Shown here in pieces: positions 12,401 through 26,570 of a stretch of 64,000 bases of DNA. The translations under genes were made by a program, and so were the position numbers. Every line of letters starts with the position of its first letter. Positions within the stretch are counted from its first letter, which is position 1. The stretch is from Vicugna vicugna (lineage: Eukaryota), in assembly GCA_013265495.1 (NCBI GenBank), contig MU058226.1, positions 22,741 to 86,740 on the forward strand, read 5' to 3'. Below the pieces are notes generated by a model, which saw nothing but the letters and a program-made list of their open reading frames with translations, was not told the origin of the DNA and searched no databases.

Positions 12401-15400
12401 CAAGGAATTACAATATTAACAATAACTTTCATGTACTTACGTCCTCCTCTATCCAGAAGAGAAAGTATACAATCCTATCTCCAAGGATTAAGATAATATA
12501 GTGCTAGTTCAATTACTATCACTCTATTAACAGTCTTCCAGGACTTGCATGGTGATTCACCCATGTAGTTTCGTAGAGCTGTGGTCCATCCTTCTCCACC
12601 ACTATGTAATATGCCATTGTGGGAGGGATCTGTAAAATGAACTTAATATTCTGAGGCCCCTTCCAGATGAGAATCTAGGATCCTCTGAGTTATCTTAACC
12701 CAGGAATTTGCTTGAGGGGAAGTGGGAAGAATACAAGGTCCTTCACCAATATCTCTCCTCTCCACAGGGTTTTGAAGGCCCCACCTGTAGCCAAAGAGCC
12801 CCCTCCTGCGGCCTTCATCACTGCCACCACGGTGGCCTCTGTCTGCCCTCCCCCAAGTCTGGATTCCCGCCCCGCTGTGCCTGCTTCAGTGGTTATGGGG
12901 GCCCTGACTGCCTGACCCCACCCGCTCCTCGAGGCTGCGGCCCTCCCTCTCCATGCCTACACAATGGCAGCTGCTCAGAGACGCCCGGGCTGGGGGCCCC
13001 AGGCTTTCGATGCTCCTGCCCTCCCAGCTCTCCAGGGCCCCGGTGTCAGAGGCCCGGAGCAAAGGGATGTGAGGGTAGAGGTGGAGATGGGGCCTGTGAC
13101 GCTGGCTGCAGTGGCCCAGGAGGAAACTGGGATGGGGGGGACTGCTCCCTGGGGGTCCCAGACCCCTGGAAGGGCTGCCCCTCCCATTCTCGGTGCTGGC
13201 TTCTCTTCCGGGATGGGCAGTGCCACCCGCAGTGTGACTCTGAAGAGTGTTTGTTTGATGGCTACGACTGTGAGACTCCTCCAGCCTGCACGTGAGCCTG
13301 AAGCCCTGCCTTGGGCTGGGGGGGGGGGGAGGCAGGAGGAAGGACAGAGGTCTCTGAGTTACAGGGTGACCACAGCCTCAAGCCCCAGGGAGAGTCTACC
13401 CTAATACCCATTGCTAAGTAGGGGTATAAGATGCTGGACTCTAACCCGAGGGAATGGGGACAGCATAAATATTTAATGTGGGGACCAGGAAAGAGAGCGC
13501 TGCCTCTGTCTGGGCTCCTCTCTGAGGGATGTGGGAGCTCTGATCTCAAGCTCTCTCTTTAAGCCCTGTTGCTGTGGAGGATCTCCCCTAGCAACCAGCA
13601 CCCCTAAGGGAAAAGGGCTCCCCTTCAGGGAGACAGGAGAGCTTGGGAGGGTCCCAAGGGAGGGAGATTAGCTGCAGAGTGTTTTCTGGGAATGGTCCTG
13701 GGGGACCTAGGGGGACCTAGGGGATGGTCCTAGGAAACAAGGGTGTCAGCAGACATTAGGGGATCTGGACTACCTACCATCCAGGGACTAAGCCCACTGC
13801 CCCAGAGCTGCCCCCACTTAACAACCAGAGCCCTAGAGGCCGTGGAATATCAGGAATCCTCTCTGGGATGAGGGAGTCAGGTTTCTTTGGGGGTCCTGAG
13901 TCCCTCTCTCCTCACCCCACAGTCCAGCCTACGACCAGTACTGCCACGATCACTTCCACAACGGACACTGCGAGAAGGGCTGCAACACTGCAGAATGTGG
14001 CTGGGATGGGGGTGACTGCAGGCCCAGAGACAGGGATGCAGAGTGGGGGCCCTCCCTGGCCCTGCTGGTGGTGCTGAACCCCTCAACCCTGGACCAGCAG
14101 CTGCGTGCCCTGGCCCGGGTGCTGTCCCTGACTCTGAGGGTAGGGCTCTGGGTGAGAAAGGATAGTGACGGCAGGGACATGGTGTACCCCTATCCTGGGG
14201 CCCAGGCCGAAGAGGAGTTAGGAGGAACCCCAGACCCCTCTCACCAGAGAGCAGCCCCTCAAACACAGCCTGTAGGCAAGGAGACAGACTCCCTCAGCAC
14301 TGGGTAAGAAGCTGGTGGCAGCGGGCAGACATTAGTTTTTTTACCCATGGAGGGAAGGGAGCCAGGGACCAACACAGGGGCCTCTGAGGTGCCTTCCCCA
14401 CAGGTTCGTGGTGGTGATGGGTGTGGATCTGTCCCGCTGTGGCCCGGACCACCCTGCATCCCGCTGTCCCTGGGACCCTGGGCTCCTGCTCCGCTTCCTT
14501 GCTGCGATGGCCGCAGTGGGGGCCCTGGAACCCCTACTGCCAGGACCCCTGCTGGCTGCCCACCCTCGTGCAGGCACCGGTAGGTGACCCCCTGTCATTT
14601 CCCCTCACTTTGCTCCCGGGCTAGCTTTCACGCCAACAACCAGCAATGGAGGTCAAATGAAACAGAATCGCTGGGACCCCAAGTGTTCTTTATGGAGACT
14701 TACCCTTGTTAACCTCCTTCTCTAACTAGATCTCCTCATGGCCTATTTGCTCTGCAGTCTCCTTCCTTATTTCCCCAAGTACTTTAGCCTAACCTCTATC
14801 GTACACCTCCCACAAACCTTGGGTTCCGGTCTGTCCTCTCTACGAGACCAAGAGTATCCAATCATCCCCGCGTCAAACAGTTGGTAGTACATGAAAGAAT
14901 AATAACTCTTAATAGCACTATGTGCCAGCCTCGCTCTAAGCATTTTACAGTATTAACTCATTTAATCCTCCCAACAACCCCATGAGGGAGGTACTCTTAC
15001 TATTCCCATTTTACAGTTGAGGAAACTGTGGCAAAAAGAGGTGACTGCACTTGCCCAAAGTCTCACAGGAGTACCCAGCCCCACCAGGAATGGCCTCTTT
15101 TCCTGACTGTGTCTCTTCCACCAGTGCCCCCCGCCAACCAGCTTCCCTGGCCTGTACTGTGCTCACCGGTGGCCGGGGTGCTTCTCCTGGCTCTCGGGGC
15201 CCTACTTGTCCTCCAGCTCATCCGCCGGCGGCGCCGAGAGCATGGGGCCCTCTGGCTGCCCCCTGGGTTCACTCGAAGGCCTCGGACTCAGCCAGTTCCC
15301 CGCCGACGCCGGCCCCCTCTGGGCGAGGACAGCATCGGCCTCAAGTGAGAGTGAGGAAGAACCGGGACTCGGGGTGGGGGCTCTTTCCCATGGAGATATT

Positions 15401-18400
15401 TATGATCAGAAGCAATGAGAAATGCTATTGCAGAAGCTGAAGACAAGAAAGGTGAGGGAGGAGGAAGGCTGCTGGAAATCTTAGAGACCCTGAAGGTTCT
15501 CTACCCACCCACCCTCTTCCTTCCAGGGCACTGAAACCAGAGGCAGAAGTTGATGAGGATGGAGTTGTGATGTGCTCAGGCCCCGAGGAAGGAGAGGAGG
15601 TGGGCCAGGTGAAGGCACTGGGGCAGGAATGGTCCCAAGGTGATGGAAGGGTTGAAGAGAAAAGTCAACGCCCCTTCACTGATCCTTGCTCTGATCCCCA
15701 AGGCTGAAGAAATGGCCTCACCTTCCAAGTGCCAGCTCTGGCCTCTAAGTGGTGACTGTCAGGAGCTCCCCCAGGCAGCCATGCTGACTCCTCCCCAGGA
15801 ATCTGAACTGGACGTCCCTGACGTGGACACCCGTGGACCTGGTATGTATGCAACTCAGACCAAGAAAATGAAAACTCCCTCTGACCCTTTTAGAATCAGA
15901 AAACCCTTTGCTATCAGAACTGGAGAAACTAATGTTAGAGTTAGTGTTTTAGAGCAATCATTCTCAGACAGAAGAATCGGCATCACCAGGGAAATTGTTA
16001 GAAATACAAATTCTCAGGCTCCACTCCACAGCTACTGATTCAGAAATTCAAAATACTGACAAGCCCTGCAGGTGAGTCTGATCCAGGACTCAAGTTTGAG
16101 AACCATTGCCTTAGGGTGAGAGTACTATGGCCTGTTGCTTCCTTTTACAAATCAGGAAACTGAAGTCCAGAGAAAAGGAAAGTCATTTGATTAAAGCCAC
16201 ACAAAATTGTGAGCCCAAGCTGGGTTTCCCTACACCTCAGGCCGTGATTTTCCCTGAGCCTCCGTGTTCTCCCCTCCCCCAGTTATGTCCTTTTGATTGA
16301 TTTGTCTCCCATTCCTCATGTCTCTTACACACAGATGGGGTAACACCCCTGATGTCAGCAGTCTGCTGTGGGGGAGTGGAGTCCAGGACCTATCAGGGGA
16401 CATGGCTGGGAAGCCCTGAGCCCTGGGAACCTCTGCTGGGTGGAGGGGCCTGTCCCCAGGTTCACACCTTGGGCACTGGGGAGACTCCCCTGCACCTAGC
16501 TGCCCGATTCTCCAGACCAACCGCTGCCCGCCGCCTCCTTGAGGCAGGAGCTAACCCCAACCAGCCTGACCGGGCAGGGCGCACCCCTCTTCACACCGCT
16601 GTGGCTGCTGATGCCCGGGAGGTTTGCCAGGTCAGTCAGTGTACAATGGAGCCGCTAAAGGAAACGGGGCAAACTTGCAACTAAAGTCAGGCAAAAGCAT
16701 CCTCAAGGGTTTGGCGGAGGAAGGTGATGTGAGATTGGGGACTGAAAGGGAAACAAGAACAGATGGTTGAATACGGACTGGGGGGTGGTTAACAGTGTGA
16801 TAAACCTTAGCTAGAAGTCCAGATATACCAAGGATCACTGGTCCTCTCTGCATCCCCTAGCTCTTACTCCGCAGCAGACAGACCTTAGTGGATGCACGGA
16901 CAGAGGATGGGACCACAGCCCTGATGCTGGCTGCCAGGCTGGCTGTTGAGGACCTGGTTGAAGAACTGATTGCAGCCAAAGCAGATGTGGGGGCCAAAGA
17001 TAAATGGGGTATGGATCTGGGGAAGCTGATGTTGTGCTATAAAGTTGAGCAAATGGGGCGTAAGACGCCAAGGAGGGGAGCAGCAGAGGGACCAGCTGGA
17101 GGCTGGGGCATTCCCTCCCACTCTGCTGTGAGGGTGGTAAACCTGCAGTGCGGTGGCAGTACGCAGAACGTGAGTCTTCCTCACCATCCTCAAAAACACA
17201 CACACTGCTCTAGTCCACTGGGAACTACGATGCGGGAAATGTCTGAGAAGGGGGAACGGTCTCGTGGGAGGGAGGTGGTCTGCCGGTCCCACCGACCCCA
17301 GAACAATGCCCCATTGTCCCTCCCGCGCGCCGGTGACGTCACCAGGGGCAACGCTTCCTGCAGGCCGGCGGTCACCCGGGCAACGCTTCCGCTTTTGAGG
17401 TACCCGGCAGGCCGAATAGCCCTTCCCCCAAGACCAGAATCCGTGGGAAACAGGAACCCAGGCGACTGGCCCCCAGCCTCCGGGTTAACAACCTCCCACG
17501 TCGTCCCCTAGGAAAAACCGCGCTGCACTGGGCCGCCGCCGTGAACAACGCCAGGGCCGCCCGCTCCCTTCTCCAGGCCGGAGCCGATAAAGACGCACAG
17601 GATGGCAGGGTTAGACCGGGTAGAGGGCTCCCCGCAATAAAACGGGCCAGGAGAAGTGGAACGCGCGGGAACTCCGCAAAACCTGAAGGGGGAGGGGCCA
17701 GCGGTCGTGCAGAAGGAGGGCCAGCCCTGTGGGGCGTGGCCTTCCCTGACCTCGCCCCCTGGTTGTTTCCTCCCGCGCAGGAGCAGACGCCGCTGTTCCT
17801 GGCGGCCCGGGAAGGGGCAGTGGAGGTAGCCCAGCTGCTGCTGGAGCTGGGGGCGGCCCGAGGGCTGCGGGACCAGGCCGGGCTAGCGCCCGGGGACATC
17901 GCTCGCCAGCGAAACCACTGGGATCTGCTGACGTTGCTGGAAGGGGCGGGACCACTGGAGGCGCGTCACAAAGCCACGCCGGGCCGCGAGGTCGGCGCTT
18001 ACCAGCGCGCGAGAACTGCGTCGGGAAGCGTGCCCCCGCGCGGGGGCGGGGCTCTGCCGCGCTGCCGGACGCTGTCGGCCGGAGCCTGTCCGCAAGCTCG
18101 GACTTTGTCCGTAGACTTGGCCGCGCGTGGGGGCGGGGCCTATTCGCACAGCCGGAGCCTATCGAAAGGAGCAGCAGGAGGCGGCCCGCCCCTCCGCGGC
18201 CGTAGGTTTTCAACAGGCATGCGCGGGCCTCGGCCCAACCCTGCAATAGAACGAGGAAGATCCGGGGTCGCGGCCGGGAGCGGGGGTGTGGCCTCAGCTG
18301 ATGACTGGCCCTGCGATTGGGTGGCCCTAGGAGCCTGCGGCCCCGCCTCCAACACTCCAATCCCGCCTCCCTGCCTTACTCCGTCCCCGGAGCGGGGATC

Positions 18401-18473
18401 CCCTCAAGTTGCCTGGTGTCCCCCAGCCCACCAAGTAGTACCCTTAAATGCGGGAGGTGAGGGTCAGAAATAA
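410..18473 (+). CDS. NOTCH4: Notch receptor 4, 5'-partial (27 coding exons, equivalent to exons 4-30)
   Basis: Exons 410-757, 840-962, 1075-1311, 1532-1687, 2017-2211, 3688-3801, 4879-4992, 5074-5196, 6052-6211, 6847-6992, 7283-7435, 7653-7770, 7975-8062, 8422-8575, 9427-9611, 11325-11577, 11837-11949, 12768-13291, 13923-14303, 14404-14579, 15125-15344, 15527-15608, 15703-15841, 16335-16630, 16861-17008, 17512-17609, 17781-18473 (TAA). All GT-AG with consistent phases. Encodes EGF repeats, 3 LNR repeats ([13 protein letters not shown]), TM helix ([18 protein letters not shown]), RAM motif ([10 protein letters not shown]), ankyrin repeats ([11 protein letters not shown]) and PEST (CLTPSPE). 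Confidence 0.98.
1335..1536 (+). repeat. Tandem duplication, period 104 bp, including a NOTCH4 3' splice site
   Basis: 1335-1432 and 1439-1536 are identical over 98 bp except 1343/1447; both copies end ...ctgccctccAG|GCCTC. Confidence 0.95.
2770..2970. mobile_element. MIR SINE relic
   Basis: MIR core tgtgccagg...aatcttgacaataaccctatgagg...cccattttataaatgaagaaact...gccaggattcaaacccagg. Confidence 0.7.
4185..4365. mobile_element. MIR SINE relic
   Basis: tttattgagtatttact...atgaggtaggtt...ttttacag...agaggttgagtagcttgcccaaagtcacacag. Confidence 0.65.
5450..5960. mobile_element. L2 LINE 3' relic
   Basis: cattcatttgcttattcagcaaacatttattaagtacctactatg...gcatgtgcaaaggcacagagg...aggcaacagggagccactgaagg. 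Confidence 0.55.
13701..13724. repeat. Short 10-bp tandem repeat (GGGGACCTAG)x2+
   Basis: Read directly from the sequence. Confidence 0.8.
14900..15068. mobile_element. MIR SINE relic
   Basis: ctcatttaatcctcccaacaaccccatgagg...cccattttacagttgaggaaactg. Confidence 0.75.
15952..16112. mobile_element. MER5A-like relic
   Basis: gcatcaccagggaaattgttagaaatacaaattctcagg...acaagccctgcaggtga...aagtttgagaaccattg. Confidence 0.7.
17200..18420. promoter_or_regulatory. Intragenic CpG island over the last NOTCH4 introns and exons, with CRE, RFX/ETS-like and RBPJ motifs
   Basis: High CpG density; TGACGTCA 17334-17341; GTCACC-N2/3-GGCAAC-gcttcc twice (17338-17358, 17371-17390); CGTGGGAA 17442-17449. Confidence 0.65.
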
Positions 18474-19051
18474 AAGGCTACATGGCAGGGAGGGATTCTA
18501 AAAGTGAGTACTCATTAAATGACAGGCAGTCTGGAAGGTCTCCAGATTTTAAGATCCTTGAGCCCCAAATATGAGGGATTATGAGTGTAGTGTCCCTCCC
18601 AAAGTGAGTGTATGCCACATCGTCTTACACGTGGAGAAACTGCAGCCCTGGAAAAGGGGTTTAGGGTGCTGGGATGAAGCAGGCCCATCCTCTCTCCCAG
18701 AAAATAAGGGTGAGAGGTTACAGGAGGATGGGGTGGAATGGGAGAAGTACCCCTGAACTGGAACCAAAAACTGCAAACAGGATGTAAGATGTCCTTTCCT
18801 ATATATGGTTCCTAGGGGGAGCCCCATCGCCTGTAACCCCGACCACTCACAAAGGGCTGATAAATATTTATTGAGCACTTACTGTGTGCCAGACACTGTG
18901 TAGGTGCTGAAGGGAGGGCCAAGGGTCACTCCAGCTGATGACTCCTTGCATTCTCTCCACCTTCCCCCACCCCCAAACAAACCACTGCAGGGATGAAGTG
19001 CCACTCTTATAGCCACCACTCTATTTAAGAACCCCACATTTGTCAACCCAT

Positions 19052-19057
19052 AATAAA
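19052..19057 (+). terminator. Likely NOTCH4 polyadenylation signal
   Basis: AATAAA ~580 nt after the stop, followed by a T/GT-rich tract. Confidence 0.7.
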
Positions 19058-20525
19058 GCTGACTTGAAGTGTTACCTTTTTTTGGAGGGGTTGGGGAGTG
19101 GAAAAAATATGGGATTAACTGCACAGTGTTTTCAGAATTTTGTGCCCTAGGTTCAACATTTGGATGGAAGCTTTGAGCATAGTGTTAAGAGCAAGAATAA
19201 GTAGACTTGGGGGTCCTGTGTTAATTTAGGGTATCAAAAGGTGAAAGTCTCTAGTAGCTCAGGGAGAAACGACTCACACACGAAACCAGGCCTACCCTTT
19301 GTTCCTCTTGCAAGGGCATTTAGTTATAGCCACTTAGGAGATTCCTGAGACCTCAAGTAGAGGGAGATGGAGAAAGCATCTCCAACTTTATCCTCCATTC
19401 AGCAACTTGGTTATACCTCTTTAATAGCAATGGACCTGAGACATGGAGGCATGAAGTATTTTGAAAGCTAGTAACTACCATTGCTGGAGCATTCACTATG
19501 TGCCGAATGCTTAATATCACACTTAATCCTTACATCAACACTATAAAAAATAATTTTATAAGACCTCCCTTTTACTCTTTCAGAAACTGAGGCAGAGGTT
19601 TCACTTGCCCCATATTGCAAGGCATTAAGTGGCAGAACCTGATCTATCATATTTTACGTTCAAAGTCACTGAGCTAACATGACAGCCATTTTGAGGTCCA
19701 AAATGTCTCTGTCCTCTTCCCACCTTGGTGCCAGCCAGCCTGACCAACGTTGATCAAAGACCAAGCCAGGTTGTGGTCCTCTCTCTTTTCCATTTCATAA
19801 CTAGAGGAAAGTTTCCCCTGCCCCCTGTCTCTTACATTTGGTGCATATCTTGTCCCCTGAATAGACTGTAAGCACCTATAAGGCAGTTATTACTATTCAA
19901 CACATTTATTAGACACAGTGCTAGGGGTGTATGTATACATGTTTCAGGCCCTGGCATCCCTGGATCTAAGTCCTGCTTCCCACCGGAACCATGCCTCTCC
20001 CAGTCCCAATAAGTCTGAGGGAAGCTGAGAAGCAGGGGGAGGGTCCTTCTTGGGGAAGGTACCTGGGGCAAGGGGGTGAGGGGGTTTCTGAGGAGTGAAA
20101 CCACTTCCTTTGTAGCTAGTTCCTGTGTTGACAGAACTGAAGGGGAGGAGGGGGGTAGAAGGAACAGAGCCAGGGGTTGGGGGACTACTGAGGATCTGGA
20201 GATGAGAAAGCCAAAGTCCTCCCCCTCCCTGACACCCCCATCACTACTGCAGCTGGAGGAGCTTTTCCCAGTCTCTGTTCCCCTGGGGCGAGAGAGGTCA
20301 AGCATGTAGTTTGGGTGGGAAAAGAGAACTGGAGGAAGTTGACAGAGATGGGCGGGGCCCGTGGGGGTGCTGACCAGGAACCCAGCTTCCTGCTCAGTAC
20401 CCAGACATCCAGCCCCCGGCTCACCCCCACCCCTTTCAGCCCCTACTCCCCTCAGGAACTCAGGGTTCCGGCCCTCCTCCCAAATCAGAGCTACTCCTCC
20501 CCCACCAGTTTCTCCCCTCTAGGGG

Positions 20526-21678
20526 ATGGAGGCTGAGAGACCCCAGGAAGAAGAGGATGATGAGCAGGTGAGCTGGGCACCGGGTCTGGGAGGCTGACAC
20601 TGGGAGAGGGAGGTGAGAGGACCTGAGGCAGAGACTGAGTAATGGTGGACTCAGGCGACTTGGGTGGGCTTGGGCACACTGAGGCAGGAATAGAGACACC
20701 AAGAGAGGAAATGGGCTGCTGGCCTAGTCCTCTGCGCACCCCACCCCTGCTTGACTGGAACGGATGTCTCTCAGCATCAGGGCCCCCCTCAGGATGAGCG
20801 TGGCTGGCCCCCTGTGAACACCGGTACTCGGCCTTGGCGATCTGCTCCTCCGTCCCCTCCTCCTCCAGGGGCCCGCCACACAGGTATCCCCCTCACCCAG
20901 GGGGCTCCCTGATCCTGGTGCCCACATCCTTCCTGATCCCATTACCAAGGCCCACTCCATCATGGGCTCTCTCCCCACCTCCAGACTCCCCATCACACCC
21001 CCTTAGTTCTGACCCCACGTCCCTAATCATACCCCCACATCCACCACCCCTGTCTCCCAACTCCTATGGGTCCCTGAGCCCTTCCCCTCCTCTCCCCAGC
21101 CCTGGGGCCCCGCTCGGCCTCCCTGCTCTCCCTGCAGACTGAGCTGCTTCTGGACTTGGTGGCTGAGGCCCAGTCCCGCCGCCTAGAGGAGCAGCGGGCC
21201 ACCTTCCATGTGCCTCAAAACCCCCCAAACTTAGGCCGAGCCCCACCCCGGCCTCTTGAGGACAGAGAACAGCTCTACAGCACCATCCTCAGTCACCAGG
21301 TGAGACGCCCCCCACCCCCACCCCAGGAGGCAAGACCCAGGCTTCTTGGTCTCTTGGCCCCTGTTCTCCTTTGGCCCTACCCCTCCTCCCCAGGCATCTG
21401 CCCCCTCACCAGATCCTAGTCCCCTCATCCCCATCCCCATCACAGGTGTCCTATACGCCCCTCACACCAGCTCTGGCTCCTTTCAAGGCCTGCTCCTCTT
21501 AGAAGCTCACCAACAACTTCCCTTCCCTCCACTCCTCCAGTGCCAGCGGATGGAAGCCCAGCGGTCAGAGCCTCCCCTACCCCCAGGAGGACAGGAGCTC
21601 CTGGAGTTGCTGCTGAGAGTTCAGGGTGGGGGTCGAATGGAGGAGCAAAGGTCCCAGCCCCCCACACACACCTGCTGA
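20526..21678 (+). CDS. GPSM3: G-protein signaling modulator 3 (GoLoco motif protein), 160 aa
   Basis: Exons 20526-20567, 20781-20883, 21100-21299, 21541-21678 = 483 nt; MEAERPQEEEDDEQ...; three GoLoco-like motifs (SRRLEEQR, QRMEAQR, GRMEEQR). Confidence 0.96.
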
Positions 21679-22292
21679 GACTTGAGCCCCCACCAGCCCC
21701 TCTGTACTGCTGTGGCTCAAAGCTGGGCAGCCCACTGCATGCCCTCAACCCTGCCTGGCAGAGGCACCAGAGACTGGAAGACCCAGCAGAAATCTCAGTA
21801 GTCATCGCCCTCATCCACCCTTCCTGGGAGCTGGAGGGTTGCAAGTCCTCAGACCCTGGGAATAGTCAAGGTAGGATGGACATTTAACTCCCTCTGTGAC
21901 CAAGTACATGGGAGCTGAAGGCCTTGAGAGGAACCCAGCCACAGAGGGACAACTCACCCTTTCCTCTGGTCTCAGGGAGGAACTGGGAGTCTTGGTCTTG
22001 AGTTGTGGGGACACTCCCTATACTCAAGACACCAGGCAGGATCTGAGGGTTCAGGCCTCCACCTCCCAAGAAAAGGCAAATCTCCCAAGGTTTGGACCTG
22101 AGAGACAGTTCCACCCTCCTTCTCAGTAAGAAGAAAGGAAGAGAGGGCACAGCAAAGACTTATTGTCCCACCTCCATCACCGGCACCCCACAGCCCCAGG
22201 ACTGAGGGGCCTATAGGCTGTGGATGGACATTTAGCCCTGCCCACCCTCCCTCCCCATTGCTGTTCTGAGCTGTCTGATGTTTGGTGACATG

Positions 22293-22298
22293 AATAAA
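22293..22298 (+). terminator. GPSM3 polyadenylation signal
   Basis: AATAAA ~615 nt downstream of the stop, upstream of the PBX2 promoter. Confidence 0.7.
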
Positions 22299-22706
22299 TG
22301 TAATTCCCCTCTGGACTGAAGACTGGTGTCTGGGATGGCGGGGTGGAGGGTAGGAAGGTAAGACCAGAGGCCGTCACTCTCCCCAGTCTGGCCAGAGGCC
22401 AGCTCCCCTCCCTGGCTGGTTAATTACTGGCTCATTAAGCAGCGGCTGGAGGCCTCCCTAATTATCCCCCCCAGCCCCCCTCTCCTGGTTTTAATTAAGT
22501 AGAACAGGGAGGGGAGTCATTAGGATAAGAAATATGAACTAAGCTGTCTGTGAACCCAGGCATTCCAGCGGCCAGAGTCCACTTCAGCTAGATCCGGGAC
22601 TGAGAACCCAGGTGGCAGCCCCCACCCCCCAGCCCCCAATACGCCCTCCTCCAAGGCCACAGAAGTCCAGCCCCTGGGGCCTTCCCTTATTTTCCCCACG
22701 GGCTAG

Positions 22707-26570
<3,864 letters not shown>

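Noticed and set aside
17611..18360. 249-aa antisense ORF over the NOTCH4 last exon
   Set aside because: GC-rich shadow of a coding exon; Arg/Pro/Ala-rich with no domain.
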